Assembly: GCA_965644495.1 (NCBI GenBank)
Contig: CBFFSA010000007.1
Span: forward strand, 806,001-870,000
From: Perkinsela sp. CCAP 1560/9
Lineage: Eukaryota > Protista > Euglenozoa: Kinetoplastea
Direction: 5' to 3'
DNA length: 64,000 bases
The translations under genes were made by a program, and so were the position numbers. Numbering within the stretch: position 1 is the first letter of the stretch; every line of letters begins with the position of its first letter. Below the pieces are notes generated by a model. That model searched no databases. It worked only from the letters and a program-made list of their open reading frames with translations, and was not told the origin of the DNA. Shown piece after piece: positions 51,725 through 61,517 of the stretch.

Positions 51725-52030
51725 TCAATGTAAAAAAGAAAACAACTCTTGCAAGTAGTAAATCATCTCAATTCGTTGTCTTTGATAATGTTCCTTAAGA
51801 TCAGCAACAACCTTAGCTCTCGCGTGCTGCACAGAAATTTCATTTTTCCGTAAGCTTTCTAGTAATTCCCTTTGCTGCAGAAGTGTAATAAAAGATGCTG
51901 GTTGCATCAGTTCCTCGGAAAATGATTGATATAATTGTTTCAAAGTGTTGAATTCATCCCATTCATTTGTGTGGACGAAATCACTAAATAACAAATCGGG
52001 TGTCTCAGTCTTAATCCTGCGACCGGTCAT
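51725..52030 (-). CDS. Small hypothetical helical protein
   Basis: 101-aa ORF on the coding strand. Confidence 0.45.
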   Translation of the reverse strand: MTGRRIKTETPDLLFSDFVHTNEWDEFNTLKQLYQSFSEELMQPASFITLLQQRELLESLRKNEISVQHARAKVVADLKEHYQRQRIEMIYYLQELFSFLH

Positions 52031-52479
52031 ATCGTATACTTCTGTATATTTAATACTCGTATATGAATGTAGTGTTAAATGTTATTCTACGTTCATTAAA
52101 TGTATCAGCATTCTGTAAATATATTTTTTTGCCGCTTCGTTAAACACTGGGTATTTTCAATTTAGAAGTCACTCATGTTGCTAGCTTCGCGTTCGGGCGG
52201 GCAAATGATTTCCTTTTCTAAAAAATTCGAACTAAAAATTCGAATTATCGAAATCTTTCCGGATTGCTCCGGACGGTCGCTGGTAAACCAGACCCTTCAC
52301 AGACAGATTTCGAAGTTCCGAGGCCTCCTTTACTAGTTTCTGTTTCTCCAAGGCGGCACCAATGTGCTGTTACCAGCACGCTGCGTCGACGAATTGTAAG
52401 TCAACACGGCTTACCCAAGAAGTTTAAAACAAATGTGGTTTCTCGTAGTGTCTCAAATCATCAAAAATACCAGGGGTCT

Positions 52480-53490
52480 CAAAATATATATTATAAACCC
52501 CCGTTCATATAAACCGTTCATATATAAACCCCCGCTATATAATTTATAAACCCCCGCTCACGAATAAGTCACCCCCCTCTTTTTTTTGAACAACGAGGCT
52601 TAGGGGGGTTGCGGCACCACTTTTTCGTTCAAAATTTTGAGATCTGCACGTTCCCGCTGTTTTTAGACCTCTTCACAGATAACAAATTAAAACTCATTTT
52701 TTAATGACGTTTTTACATAGTCATGCCAATATTACCCGAAAAATCTCATGTTCTTCGACCAGGGGGGGAGAAGGGGGTCAACATGAAAATGGTGTCACAG
52801 ATCTTCGCTAGGGGAACGAGATCTCTCGATTGCAACAAAAATGATGAAAAACAGATAACAAACATTCAATTTTTCACGTGGTGGAATATTTGTCTTCGAT
52901 TGGTTCTTTCTTGAAACGGTGATAAATCAACTTTTTTAAGCTGTCCCCTTTACTTTTTGCTTGAAGGGGCCTAAGGGGGTTAAGATATCATTTTCTCGTT
53001 CAAAATTCTGAGATCTATACGTTCCCACCACTTTTAGATCATTTTAGAAACTGAAAAAAAAAATATTTTTAGGTTCTATTTTTTTGTATTGTCATAACAC
53101 ACTAATTTAACAAAACAAACACTCCGCGGCCAGGGGGCACAATTGGGTCAATATTAAAAAATAGCGGCAAAGATCTTTGCTAGGAGAACGAGGTCTCTCG
53201 TTTGCAACAAAAATCAGCAAAAACGGACAAAAATAATTGAATTTCTCATGGGAGGAGAAGATTTATTTTGTTAAAGTGTGAGAAATTGGTCTCTTGAAAA
53301 ATGTGAAGAAAGTGATAATACATCTATCGGATGCACGCATTTGAGAGTCTTGGTTCCATGCTATGGCGCGCAAAGTCTTTGTGTTGGGAACAGTAAAATG
53401 CAACAAAAATGAGCTCAAACGGACGCTTGGCTGAAAAGTTAGAGGGGGGTGACTTTTCGCTGTGGGGGGATTATATATATATTTGTAGTA
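52480..53490. mobile_element. ~1-kb non-coding element with imperfect terminal inverted repeats and two internal ~371-bp direct repeats
   Basis: aagtcacccccctct (52566-52580) / agaggggggtgactt (53441-53455). Repeated tataaacc(ccc)g on the left and ggggggattata on the right. Direct-repeat anchors at 52626/52997 and 52799/53171. Confidence 0.65.
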
Positions 53491-53856
53491 TTTGAAAAAA
53501 AAAATAGTACTATATAGTACTATACTCCTCTTCTCATTAATTTCTATAAATGCCATTCCTAATTTTTCAGGTTGCGCGGTGGTAGTTTTCAACGGGAAGC
53601 GCGCAGCCTGAGTGACTTCTAAGTTGAAAACAACCACCGCGTTTAACGAAGAGCCTAATTTTTATAGCCCGAAAAGCATTTTTGTCGCAGAGATAGAGAA
53701 ATTGTGCTCCTCTAGTTTGTAGAATACAGATCTCCGGGAGGTCACCTCTCTAACAGCGTTTTCTTCCTTCTCTTCGCCGAAATTGAAAACAACGTACCAA
53801 ATTCGAGGTAGCATCTTGAATAATACAATTTTTATTTATTAGCATAAAGGATTTTT

Positions 53857-54123
53857 TTATTGCTCGGCCAATGAATCCCTTTGCAATCGCTCAGCGCGAA
53901 GCTTCTCCGTGTGCTCTACCATTGTGGGATGAGTCATTCCAACAAATTTTCCTTGTTCGTCGTACACGGGTACAATTTCAGGCTTTTTTAACCGTGGAAA
54001 CGATGTTCTCCGATTCCCTAACATATACATAAGACCACCGAATGTAACTATAACATATAGGGCCGGGAGATGATATCTCAACTTTCTCCAACCCCGCATA
54101 TTTTCGTATTCTTTCAATACCAT
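53857..54123 (-). CDS. Small single-pass membrane protein, hypothetical
   Basis: 88 aa from ATG 54123; TM segment LPALYVIVTFGGLMYML followed by a charged tail. Confidence 0.55.
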   Translation of the reverse strand: MVLKEYENMRGWRKLRYHLPALYVIVTFGGLMYMLGNRRTSFPRLKKPEIVPVYDEQGKFVGMTHPTMVEHTEKLRAERLQRDSLAEQ

Positions 54124-54368
54124 GGAAGTTTTGGTAGCAAAAGGTTTTATGGAGAAAGAAACGATATAATCCTCCACTAACCAGACTTATACATACACAA
54201 TTACACACACACACACAATTATACTTGTACGTTGCGATGATTGTATAACTACCGCTCTACCCTCGATTTTTCAAAAAAACGTGTAAAATAAAGAGCGAAA
54301 AAATAAAGAGAAACACAGTAATATCGTCACCCCCCTCACTTGTTATTTTACCTATAACAAGATTACAT

Positions 54369-55139
54369 TCATAATCTAGAAGAAAAAAGCTTTGCAATCG
54401 TTTCTTCTAGCTGCCTCTCGTCAAGTTTTTCGGAGATCTGCAGCACATGACTAACCGTAAGAATGGTTTCCGTGGTATCTGCATGCACCCAAACCCGGCC
54501 ATTCAACCCTATCGCCACTTCAAATCGTGCGGCGCGTGACAACGCCTCCAGTACCGCGCTTTTGTCACGCAGCAGGTGTCGGGCATAGTGTGGGGAGACC
54601 GCGACCACGTTCCCCCCTTTCAAGGCCCCAAACTCCCCCTCCCCCGTGACCCAATCCTTGTGAGCCACCCCCACAGAGGCACAGCAGGTAATCTCGGGTT
54701 CCATGTCCCGATACGCGGTAAGCACACGGGCGTAGATCGTGTCCCCGGGATAGAGCCTCGGTCGGTTCTGCCGCGTTGCTCCATCAAACCCCACGTGACT
54801 GAGCACCGCGTTGTGGGCAGTGTTGACATCCACCACGTAGGACCCGGAGACGTCTTTTTGGACGACTCCGACCACCAAGTCCCCCTCTGCTGGGAGGTAG
54901 ATACGCCCCCGCGTGCGCACGCTCACGGTGACGGCATACGTTCCCTGTGTGGGAGGCAGCGCAGAGGATTCCACAGAGAGAATCCCAGCCTTCGTGCAAA
55001 TTAAAGTAGGAAATTCAGCGCTTTCTGAAGATGCACGATGCATGACGCCATCTCCCAGAGTGACTTCGCCACTGGTAGAGAGCTCGGCGATGATGTCCCC
55101 CGGCAGCACAACGCTGCCGGAGGCAAGAGAGAGATTCAT
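54369..55139 (-). CDS. RRP40: Exosome subunit RRP40 (EXOSC3)
   Basis: VVLPGD, YLPAEGDLVVGVV, FDGATRQNRPRL, EPEITC, FEVAIGLNGRVWV. Confidence 0.93.
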   Translation of the reverse strand: MNLSLASGSVVLPGDIIAELSTSGEVTLGDGVMHRASSESAEFPTLICTKAGILSVESSALPPTQGTYAVTVSVRTRGRIYLPAEGDLVVGVVQKDVSGSYVVDVNTAHNAVLSHVGFDGATRQNRPRLYPGDTIYARVLTAYRDMEPEITCCASVGVAHKDWVTGEGEFGALKGGNVVAVSPHYARHLLRDKSAVLEALSRAARFEVAIGLNGRVWVHADTTETILTVSHVLQISEKLDERQLEETIAKLFSSRL

Positions 55140-55313
55140 TTTTTCAACTGATTTCTTACAAAAACGAATATAAATATGAAATGTTGTTCGAGCTACATGA
55201 AAAAAATATTCGAAAGTATTGGGCATTTGCGGTCTATTTTGCCTACTGCATATCGCTAAACTGTACAAAAATGCTTTTTGTAAGAATGATCGTATTGTTT
55301 TATCAATTTTAAA

Positions 55314-55413
55314 ATTTTCAGCGTCTTGTTAGGTAGCAAACTCGGTTGGGTCATCAGATGTATGCATTGTATGCACACATTTATGACAAATGCCTCGAGA
55401 AATCATCACGAAG
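55314..55413 (-). ncRNA. Box C/D snoRNA, copy 1
   Basis: C box GTGATGA (55409-55403), C' TGATGA (55356-55351), D box CTGA (55321-55318). 11-nt guide CGAGGCATTTG is complementary to conserved LSU rRNA CAAAUGCCUCG. Confidence 0.7.
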
Positions 55414-55534
55414 AATATGAAATAGAACACGCACTCCAATGAATTTTGATGTTCATGCACCCGTTGGCGCAGAGATACAGCCCTTGATGCGACGGCCGCA
55501 ATGGCGGATGTCGCACCAAGGGGTATTTGGCACG

Positions 55535-55686
55535 GACTCTGTCGGTAGAGGGGGTCCAGGCAACTCGCTCTCATTTTACGCAGCTGGAGGAGCGTGCTGC
55601 AACTGACTCGGTCTCAGTCGGTAGAGGTGGTCCAGGCAACTCACCACCTCTTTACACAGCCGGAGAGGCGCACTGCAACCGACCGC
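55535..55686 (-). ncRNA. Two tandem ~75-nt single-hairpin AGA-box (H/ACA-like) RNA candidates
   Basis: Units 55609-55686 and 55535-55608. Basal stem gtc(g/a)gt/accgac, upper stem tcc(a/g)g/ctgga, AGA after the basal stem. Located between two C/D snoRNA copies. Confidence 0.4.
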
Positions 55687-55777
55687 TGCCTCGGGATGAG
55701 ACGGAGAAGAGCCACGCCCAGTGGTCCTCCTTTTTGAAAGTAAGGTCGTAATACGACGTATTGTTTATGAATCCTAA

Positions 55778-55877
55778 AATTTCAGCGTATTGTTAGGTAG
55801 CAAACTCGGTTGGCTCATCAGATGTATGCATTGTATGCACACATTTATGACAAATGCCTCGAGAAATCATCACGAAG
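55778..55877 (-). ncRNA. Box C/D snoRNA, copy 2
   Basis: Near-identical to copy 1 at an offset of 464 bp; C box 55873-55867, D box 55785-55782. Confidence 0.7.
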
Positions 55878-56765
55878 AATATGAAATAGAGCACCCATTT
55901 CAATTAAAAACGTTCCTTTTGTTACGAAGTTCCAAAGTGACTCTGCCAAACTTGCCAACACTTGATTTTATACGCCATTTGCACCTTGTTGACCCTTTTT
56001 ATTAGCCATGTCGTTCCTTCTCCATGCGTCCGCTGATGCAGCCAGGCTCGACCGGAGAACCGTAGAAAGAGGGGGAAAGATACTTTCTCGCGAGTAGCAG
56101 CTAACGCTACAGTTAATAATATTACAGGCACCACACAACAAGAGTAGGATGCGATTGATCGCCTCAAAATCAAGTTGATAACGCTTCACGGACCCGACCT
56201 CCACTACATGGAAACACATGCATGGGACACATGAGAGACGTGCATGTACATGTAAACACGAGAGGAACACGAAAGGAATAATGCACAAAAAAACAAGACC
56301 CTGTTGCCTCGCCTGCACAGCTTAAAACTAACGCAAACTCTCACGCAACACGATCCATGATCTTATCAGCAGGAGACTGTCATCCATACAAGAAAATGTT
56401 GATTCATTAGTAAGGGAAAACTGGATGGCACACGCGGATGAAAAAGGCTATTTCTATCCTTTCTCGATTGTCTGCGAGGTCAGAGCCTTCGAATAATGTC
56501 GGATGGTGCGTCGGGTGATGGAACTTAGCGATCCCAGCCTTCCGAGTAAATTCTGTGTATGAATACCTAAAGTGACATTACTCGGAGTACTATACTAATT
56601 ACAGAATTGATGCTTTATTCTTTTAACATGTAACCTAGAGAGTCGAATTAAGAGCCAAAGGCAGAAAGACGGCAAATTTCGAAAATGCTTAGAGCGCTAT
56701 ACTGTAGTGATTTCTGCCAATGTAGTACATTGGACTTATAGTTTTACAAAACCATAATGTAAAGA

Positions 56766-57341
56766 TTATTGTCCTCTCCTTTGAAATCGAGTGCTTTGCT
56801 GTTCTGTACTTACGAAGTGAGACGCTGTATTTATCCCTTTACTTGTCAAAAAAGATTCATATTCCTCATCGGTGGGTATTTGCCTAATAGAATCTGCACT
56901 ATTTGACCCCCCTCTTTCATTTGCTGGTGGATATACTTCTTTCAAAATCGCAGTCGAACTTGCGTTATTACTATCATCACTGCAAACAGGAAATGGTCCA
57001 TCCTTACCGTAGCGCCAATATTTCGAAAAATATGCCCAGGCCAAAAGAATTCCGGACACCGATTTCGCGTCGGCCACTTCGATATCCGCGTCCGATAAAT
57101 TCTGTAGCTCTTTCCAGGCAAATAACAAAATCGCCTTTCTATCGGTTGTTTCGGCTTTTAAGTGTAATCTTTTCAGATGTCCCAATCTAACAGCAATGCC
57201 AGATGAAAACTTTTTTACACTATCGGTATTACTCGGTTCACTTGAAGTTTCTTTTGCGTTATGAATTAATGGTGAAGATTTTAGCGACCCTGAGTAAAAT
57301 TGATAGGAAGACCGTATTAGAAGTCTATCACTGCATTTCAT
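56766..57341 (-). CDS. Hypothetical protein, possibly mitochondrial
   Basis: 191 aa; aromatic core ILLAWAYFSKYWRYGKDGP flanked by disordered regions. Confidence 0.6.
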   Translation of the reverse strand: MKCSDRLLIRSSYQFYSGSLKSSPLIHNAKETSSEPSNTDSVKKFSSGIAVRLGHLKRLHLKAETTDRKAILLFAWKELQNLSDADIEVADAKSVSGILLAWAYFSKYWRYGKDGPFPVCSDDSNNASSTAILKEVYPPANERGGSNSADSIRQIPTDEEYESFLTSKGINTASHFVSTEQQSTRFQRRGQ

Positions 57342-57707
57342 CCGAAAGGCCGTACGGTACAGGTTCCTGTTACCAAATATACTCCTTACAATATACCTGC
57401 TTTACACAAGATAAACTACTAGAAATGCTCCGCCGTTCAATTACACATTGATGGTAATATGGTTGGTTAAGAGAAGACTAATTTTTTGACTTGGGTTTAA
57501 AAGGAAAGGAAATCAAGAAGGAAAAGTCACACATTGATAATAATCAAAGCCAATGGAAGGATTAAAGTCGCGGAAACGCAGAGCGTGTTGCACTCCGATA
57601 TGCAAGAAGCAGCTCTAGTAATACAACTCTAGCAACTTTATGCATTCTGCGGGCGAAACGTCCACGTAGAATCAAAAGGCAAACTGAGAACAATGTGATC
57701 AAATTAG

Positions 57708-57899
57708 CTAATCTGACCACTGACCCGTTTTTCGGGTTTCATTAGCGATCTCTGCATTTTTATTGGCGTCCTGATTGGCCAAACAGTAAGCTTGTGAAAC
57801 AGGATCCATACAGGGGATTGGAACTGCGCTATTCCGACGAAATTCCTCCAAATCATCCGGTACACCGATGTCAATTTTGGTAAGCGGTCGACGAATCAT
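57708..57899 (-). CDS. CDC26: APC/C subunit Cdc26-like
   Basis: N-terminus MIRRPLTKIDIGVPDDLEEF matches the Cdc26 MLRRxPTxLxLxxDDxxEF pattern; 63 aa. Confidence 0.6.
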   Translation of the reverse strand: MIRRPLTKIDIGVPDDLEEFRRNSAVPIPCMDPVSQAYCLANQDANKNAEIANETRKTGQWSD

Positions 57900-58207
57900 T
57901 CTGATTATTTACATAACAATTGTTGCTTATCAATTGAAGAATGCTAGTATGGTACAATTTACACTGGCGGAAAGGACGAGGGTGTAATAATAATCGAAAG
58001 GTACAAGCATCGCCTATTATCTGCCTACTTCGCACATACATCTTCACTTACTCTTACTTACACTTGTATACATCTTCAATTAGTGACACAAATCGTACGA
58101 CACAAATCATAGTGATACTATGACGAAAAATAAGTTGTTATAAATGCTTCCGTCAATTGAACCGATACTGTAACTAGAAACTATGTCTGAGTTTGCAGAT
58201 TAGAAAA

Positions 58208-59740
58208 TCACTTCGTAGAGATATCTTCTATGGAGGATTTCTGTTGAGCGCACGAAAGAATTTTCCGCGCAAGCGCACTAGTGGCGATAATGCTTATATC
58301 ACGGAGAGACATCCATTGGCCGCTTTCGTCACGGTCTGCTGCTTCACTCAAGTCAAGGACTTCATTGCCAAGGGTCTCAAAAACGGATTTCTCTTCCTGT
58401 TTGAGTGGATCAGTGGTTTCCATTTTTGCCTTCCGGGACTTGCATTTCGTCCTCGTAGGTTGAGGTTCGGGCTGTCTTGGTGAGATGCTTTCCTCTGAGC
58501 TATGTAGGCAAAACAGGCCAGAAAAGACTCGAACGGTCATGTGAATGTGAGAAAAAATGTGGACAATTTCACCGTTTGAAGAAATGGACCCGGCCTCAGC
58601 TCCCGAACATTGGGCAGCTTTATGAAGAGTTGTCTTGATCTTCGAAAGTGTTGCGCTCTTCGCGACGGTAATAGTAGGAAAATCCCATAAATTCGCCAGT
58701 AAGCCATTAGGTGGCCTCTTCGACATCCACACAGATTCCGCCTCCTTGTTAAAAATAACTAACGCAGCAACGGTCTCGCGCCTCACTTTGGATCGTTTCG
58801 CTTTCACGTCAAGATTATTCGATTCATCTGTCCTCCGAAGCTTTCCCTTTGATCTTTTTGAAACTCGTGCAGGTTTTTCTCTACTTACTTTACCTCCGTT
58901 CGACTCTGAGAGTTCCGGACTTATCTCACGTGTATTCCTCAGCGGGATAACCCCGGCAATCCCCCCTTCACCCAACTTCCCCTCCTTTTGCAGCGCCAGC
59001 GCCCTACAATGCGCACGAACCGGGCACCCCTCACACCGCACCACCTTCGGCATACACACCGTCGCCCCGAGCTCCATCACCGCTTGATTCCACTCCCCGG
59101 GGTTCTCCTGTCGCATCATCCGGGTCGCCAACGCCGTCACCCGTCGCTGATCCCCCGGCCTCTTCACATCCAACCCCCGCACCCCCCCGAGCCTCGCATA
59201 CACCCGCGTGACATTCCCATCCACCGCCGCGGCCCCCACCCCGAACGCCATCGAGGCAATCGCGGCTGCCGTGTAGGGTCCAATCCCGGGGATCTCCCGC
59301 AGCTCGGGGACGGAGCCCGGGAGCTCCCCGCCCCACCTCCCCACCACGAGCTGCGCCCCCGCGTGCAGCCCCCGGGCGCGTCGGTAGTACCCGAGCCCGG
59401 ACCACAGCCCGTGGACCTCCTCGAGGGAGGCCGCGGCGAGGGCGGCGGGGGTGGGGAAGCGGGCCATCCAGGCCGCCCAGTACGGGAGTACGGTGGCGAC
59501 GCGGGTCTGCTGGGACATGACCTCGGCGACCCAGATGGCGTAGGGGGAGGGGGTGTGGGGGGGGCGCCAGGGGAGGGGGCGGTGCGCGGTGGTGTACCAC
59601 GAGGAGAGGGCGCGGTGGAAGCCGGGGAGGTCCTCGAGGTCGGGGAGGGGAGCGGGGGAGGGGGAGGGGGGAGCGGGGGGGGTGGTGGTGGGAGGTGGGG
59701 AGGAGGGAAGGGGGGGTTTCGGAGGGATAGGGTGTCGCAT
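58208..59740 (-). CDS. MUTY: A/G-specific adenine DNA glycosylase
   Basis: RPLPWR, WVAEVMSQQT, WSGLGYYRRA, HhH IPGIGPYTA, VDGNV, Fe-S motif C-X6-C-X2-C-X5-C, GLLANLWDFP, HIFSH. Confidence 0.96.
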   Translation of the reverse strand: MRHPIPPKPPLPSSPPPTTTPPAPPSPSPAPLPDLEDLPGFHRALSSWYTTAHRPLPWRPPHTPSPYAIWVAEVMSQQTRVATVLPYWAAWMARFPTPAALAAASLEEVHGLWSGLGYYRRARGLHAGAQLVVGRWGGELPGSVPELREIPGIGPYTAAAIASMAFGVGAAAVDGNVTRVYARLGGVRGLDVKRPGDQRRVTALATRMMRQENPGEWNQAVMELGATVCMPKVVRCEGCPVRAHCRALALQKEGKLGEGGIAGVIPLRNTREISPELSESNGGKVSREKPARVSKRSKGKLRRTDESNNLDVKAKRSKVRRETVAALVIFNKEAESVWMSKRPPNGLLANLWDFPTITVAKSATLSKIKTTLHKAAQCSGAEAGSISSNGEIVHIFSHIHMTVRVFSGLFCLHSSEESISPRQPEPQPTRTKCKSRKAKMETTDPLKQEEKSVFETLGNEVLDLSEAADRDESGQWMSLRDISIIATSALARKILSCAQQKSSIEDISTK

Positions 59741-59765
59741 TTGGCGTGAAGGGTAGGGGGTAGGG
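58950..59765. other. GC-rich skew-switch island 5
   Basis: C-rich to ~59400, then G-rich. Confidence 0.85.
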
Positions 59766-60096
59766 AAAAGATAGAATGTGAATAGGAGTGTAATGCGGTG
59801 GTTGGATAGCTAGCGCTGTGTACGCTTGATTATGGCTAAAAGGTGAACAAAAACAAAGGAAAAACAGTACCGTGCTCGAGTACTTCGGAAGGAGGAACCT
59901 TTTTTTCTATTTTAGTCGGCTTGGTAAACCCCCAGATAGTTTTCAACGTAAAGCGCGCAGCAGTGCCTTCCACGTCGGAAACAACTACCGCGTTTAAGGA
60001 AGTGACAATAAGAAGACATTCTCTGAATGTCATCATTGGCATTCAGGCTGGAGCAAAATCAGATAATGTACAAAGTGTCCAAAGTGATAGTGGTCG

Positions 60097-61239
60097 TTAG
60101 TACACAGACTTTGGCATACGCGGACCATTCCTAGGGATGGGGGTCACATCCTCCATGTAACACACAACGAATTTGTCCCTTCGGTCCACGAGGGCCTTCA
60201 GCGCACCCTGTCTTCCATTGTAAAATCCCATGACGCGAACGACCAGTTGTATTTTACCAGATCTTCGACTCGAGGGAGCACCGGTGGCAGTGTTTTCTAG
60301 TGCCACAAGTTTAGGATACACAAGATCAAGGTACTTGGAAGCAACCATATGCCCTGTCTCCGAGGAACCCTCGGATCTCCATCCTTTCTCCCCGTGTTTT
60401 AATCCAAGCTTCCCCGCGGACATGGTGGTGTGAATGCATTTACCATCAATGTCAAAAATGACAGCATACGTGTTTCGACGACGAGAGATCAGGTACAGAA
60501 AATACATGTCACGGGTGTATCGCGGCATCTCAGCCCATAAATCTAAATTTTCGTGAAAGTTTACATCACCGGAAGGATACTGAGTCGTGTCTCTCCACTT
60601 TTTAAGAAGCGAGAACCCGTGCATCTCCTCAAACTCCTGGGCATTACGTATGGCTGGGGGCAAGGAAGAAGTCTCGGGTGGGCTGGAAAGTGTTGTTTTC
60701 GCTATGTCTATGGAATTTTCTTCGGAATCATCCAATGGGTTCACGTCTGAGTGTGTCGCTTCATCCTTAGGTCGAGCAAAGCGCGAGGCATTGCGAAGGT
60801 ACCACTCGGCGGCGTTGTAGTGTCGGTCCGTAATGTACTTGTCATTCGCTTGCATAGCCTTTATTTCATTGTGTAAGTTAGCCTCTGTGGCAAAACGTGA
60901 CTCGGGAGTAATATCATGTCCCGGTATTTGTACGTGTCGAAGGATTTCGTCATCTCGACCGATGCGGTCTGATGCCTCCTCGGGAGTCTGATGGATTTCT
61001 TCTCTCAAAGACGTTTTTGAGTCCGCGGTGACGTCTCGTGGTTCTGTAAAAGCTTGGAGAGCGGCATCAATGCCACGATGAGCCTCTTGATTCGCTCTTT
61101 CCAGAAGTAAACTCTCAAACATTTGTTGTCCTCCTTGCTGCGGTCGTAAAGTAGTGGGCTCTCGACGCCACTTATCACCATAGGCCGATGGTTTCGGCTT
61201 ACGCTTTCCGCGCCGTAGAAGATACAAGCAACGTCGCAT
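60097..61239 (-). CDS. uS11m: Mitochondrial ribosomal protein uS11m
   Basis: Presequence MRRCLYLLRR; C-terminal RRNTYA..SAGKLG..VRVMGFYNGRQGA..EDVTPIPRNGPR. Confidence 0.85.
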   Translation of the reverse strand: MRRCLYLLRRGKRKPKPSAYGDKWRREPTTLRPQQGGQQMFESLLLERANQEAHRGIDAALQAFTEPRDVTADSKTSLREEIHQTPEEASDRIGRDDEILRHVQIPGHDITPESRFATEANLHNEIKAMQANDKYITDRHYNAAEWYLRNASRFARPKDEATHSDVNPLDDSEENSIDIAKTTLSSPPETSSLPPAIRNAQEFEEMHGFSLLKKWRDTTQYPSGDVNFHENLDLWAEMPRYTRDMYFLYLISRRRNTYAVIFDIDGKCIHTTMSAGKLGLKHGEKGWRSEGSSETGHMVASKYLDLVYPKLVALENTATGAPSSRRSGKIQLVVRVMGFYNGRQGALKALVDRRDKFVVCYMEDVTPIPRNGPRMPKSVY

Positions 61240-61517
61240 AAAAAAGAGCTTTTGGTGGACAAAATACTGTAAAGCACTGAATAGTGTCAAAAATAAGAAA
61301 ATAATTTGTGAAGAGAAAAAAAGTACGATTGTAACACGACTGAAGAAATATTTGCACGTCATTCTGTAAGAGCAGCATTCTCATATTTAAGAAGAGAATT
61401 TAAGAATCTGAAAGGCCGGAAAGAATGGCAAAATGTTTTGGGCAGGAATGTATTTTATCGATTAAAAGTAGAACTTGTCAAGTACATCAGTACCACTTGC
61501 AAGCGACGACTATTGTG

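Noticed and set aside
55275-55905. LTR/TRIM interpretation of the direct repeat
   Set aside because: No TG...CA ends, TSD, PBS or PPT; conservation coincides with C/D boxes.
56100-56340. ctaacgcta (56101) and aactaacgc (~56327) resembling the spliced-leader 5' end
   Set aside because: The conserved ACAGTTTCTGTAC core and donor site are absent.
56366-56430. Possible snR38-like C/D snoRNA (ccagttttccct guide, GGATGA, CTGA on minus)
   Set aside because: The guide has a central mismatch to AGGGAUAACUGG and no C box is visible.
15442-59392. Shared ggtagtaccc near the centres of islands 2 and 5
   Set aside because: Both encode Gly-Tyr-Tyr, and the motif is absent from the other islands.
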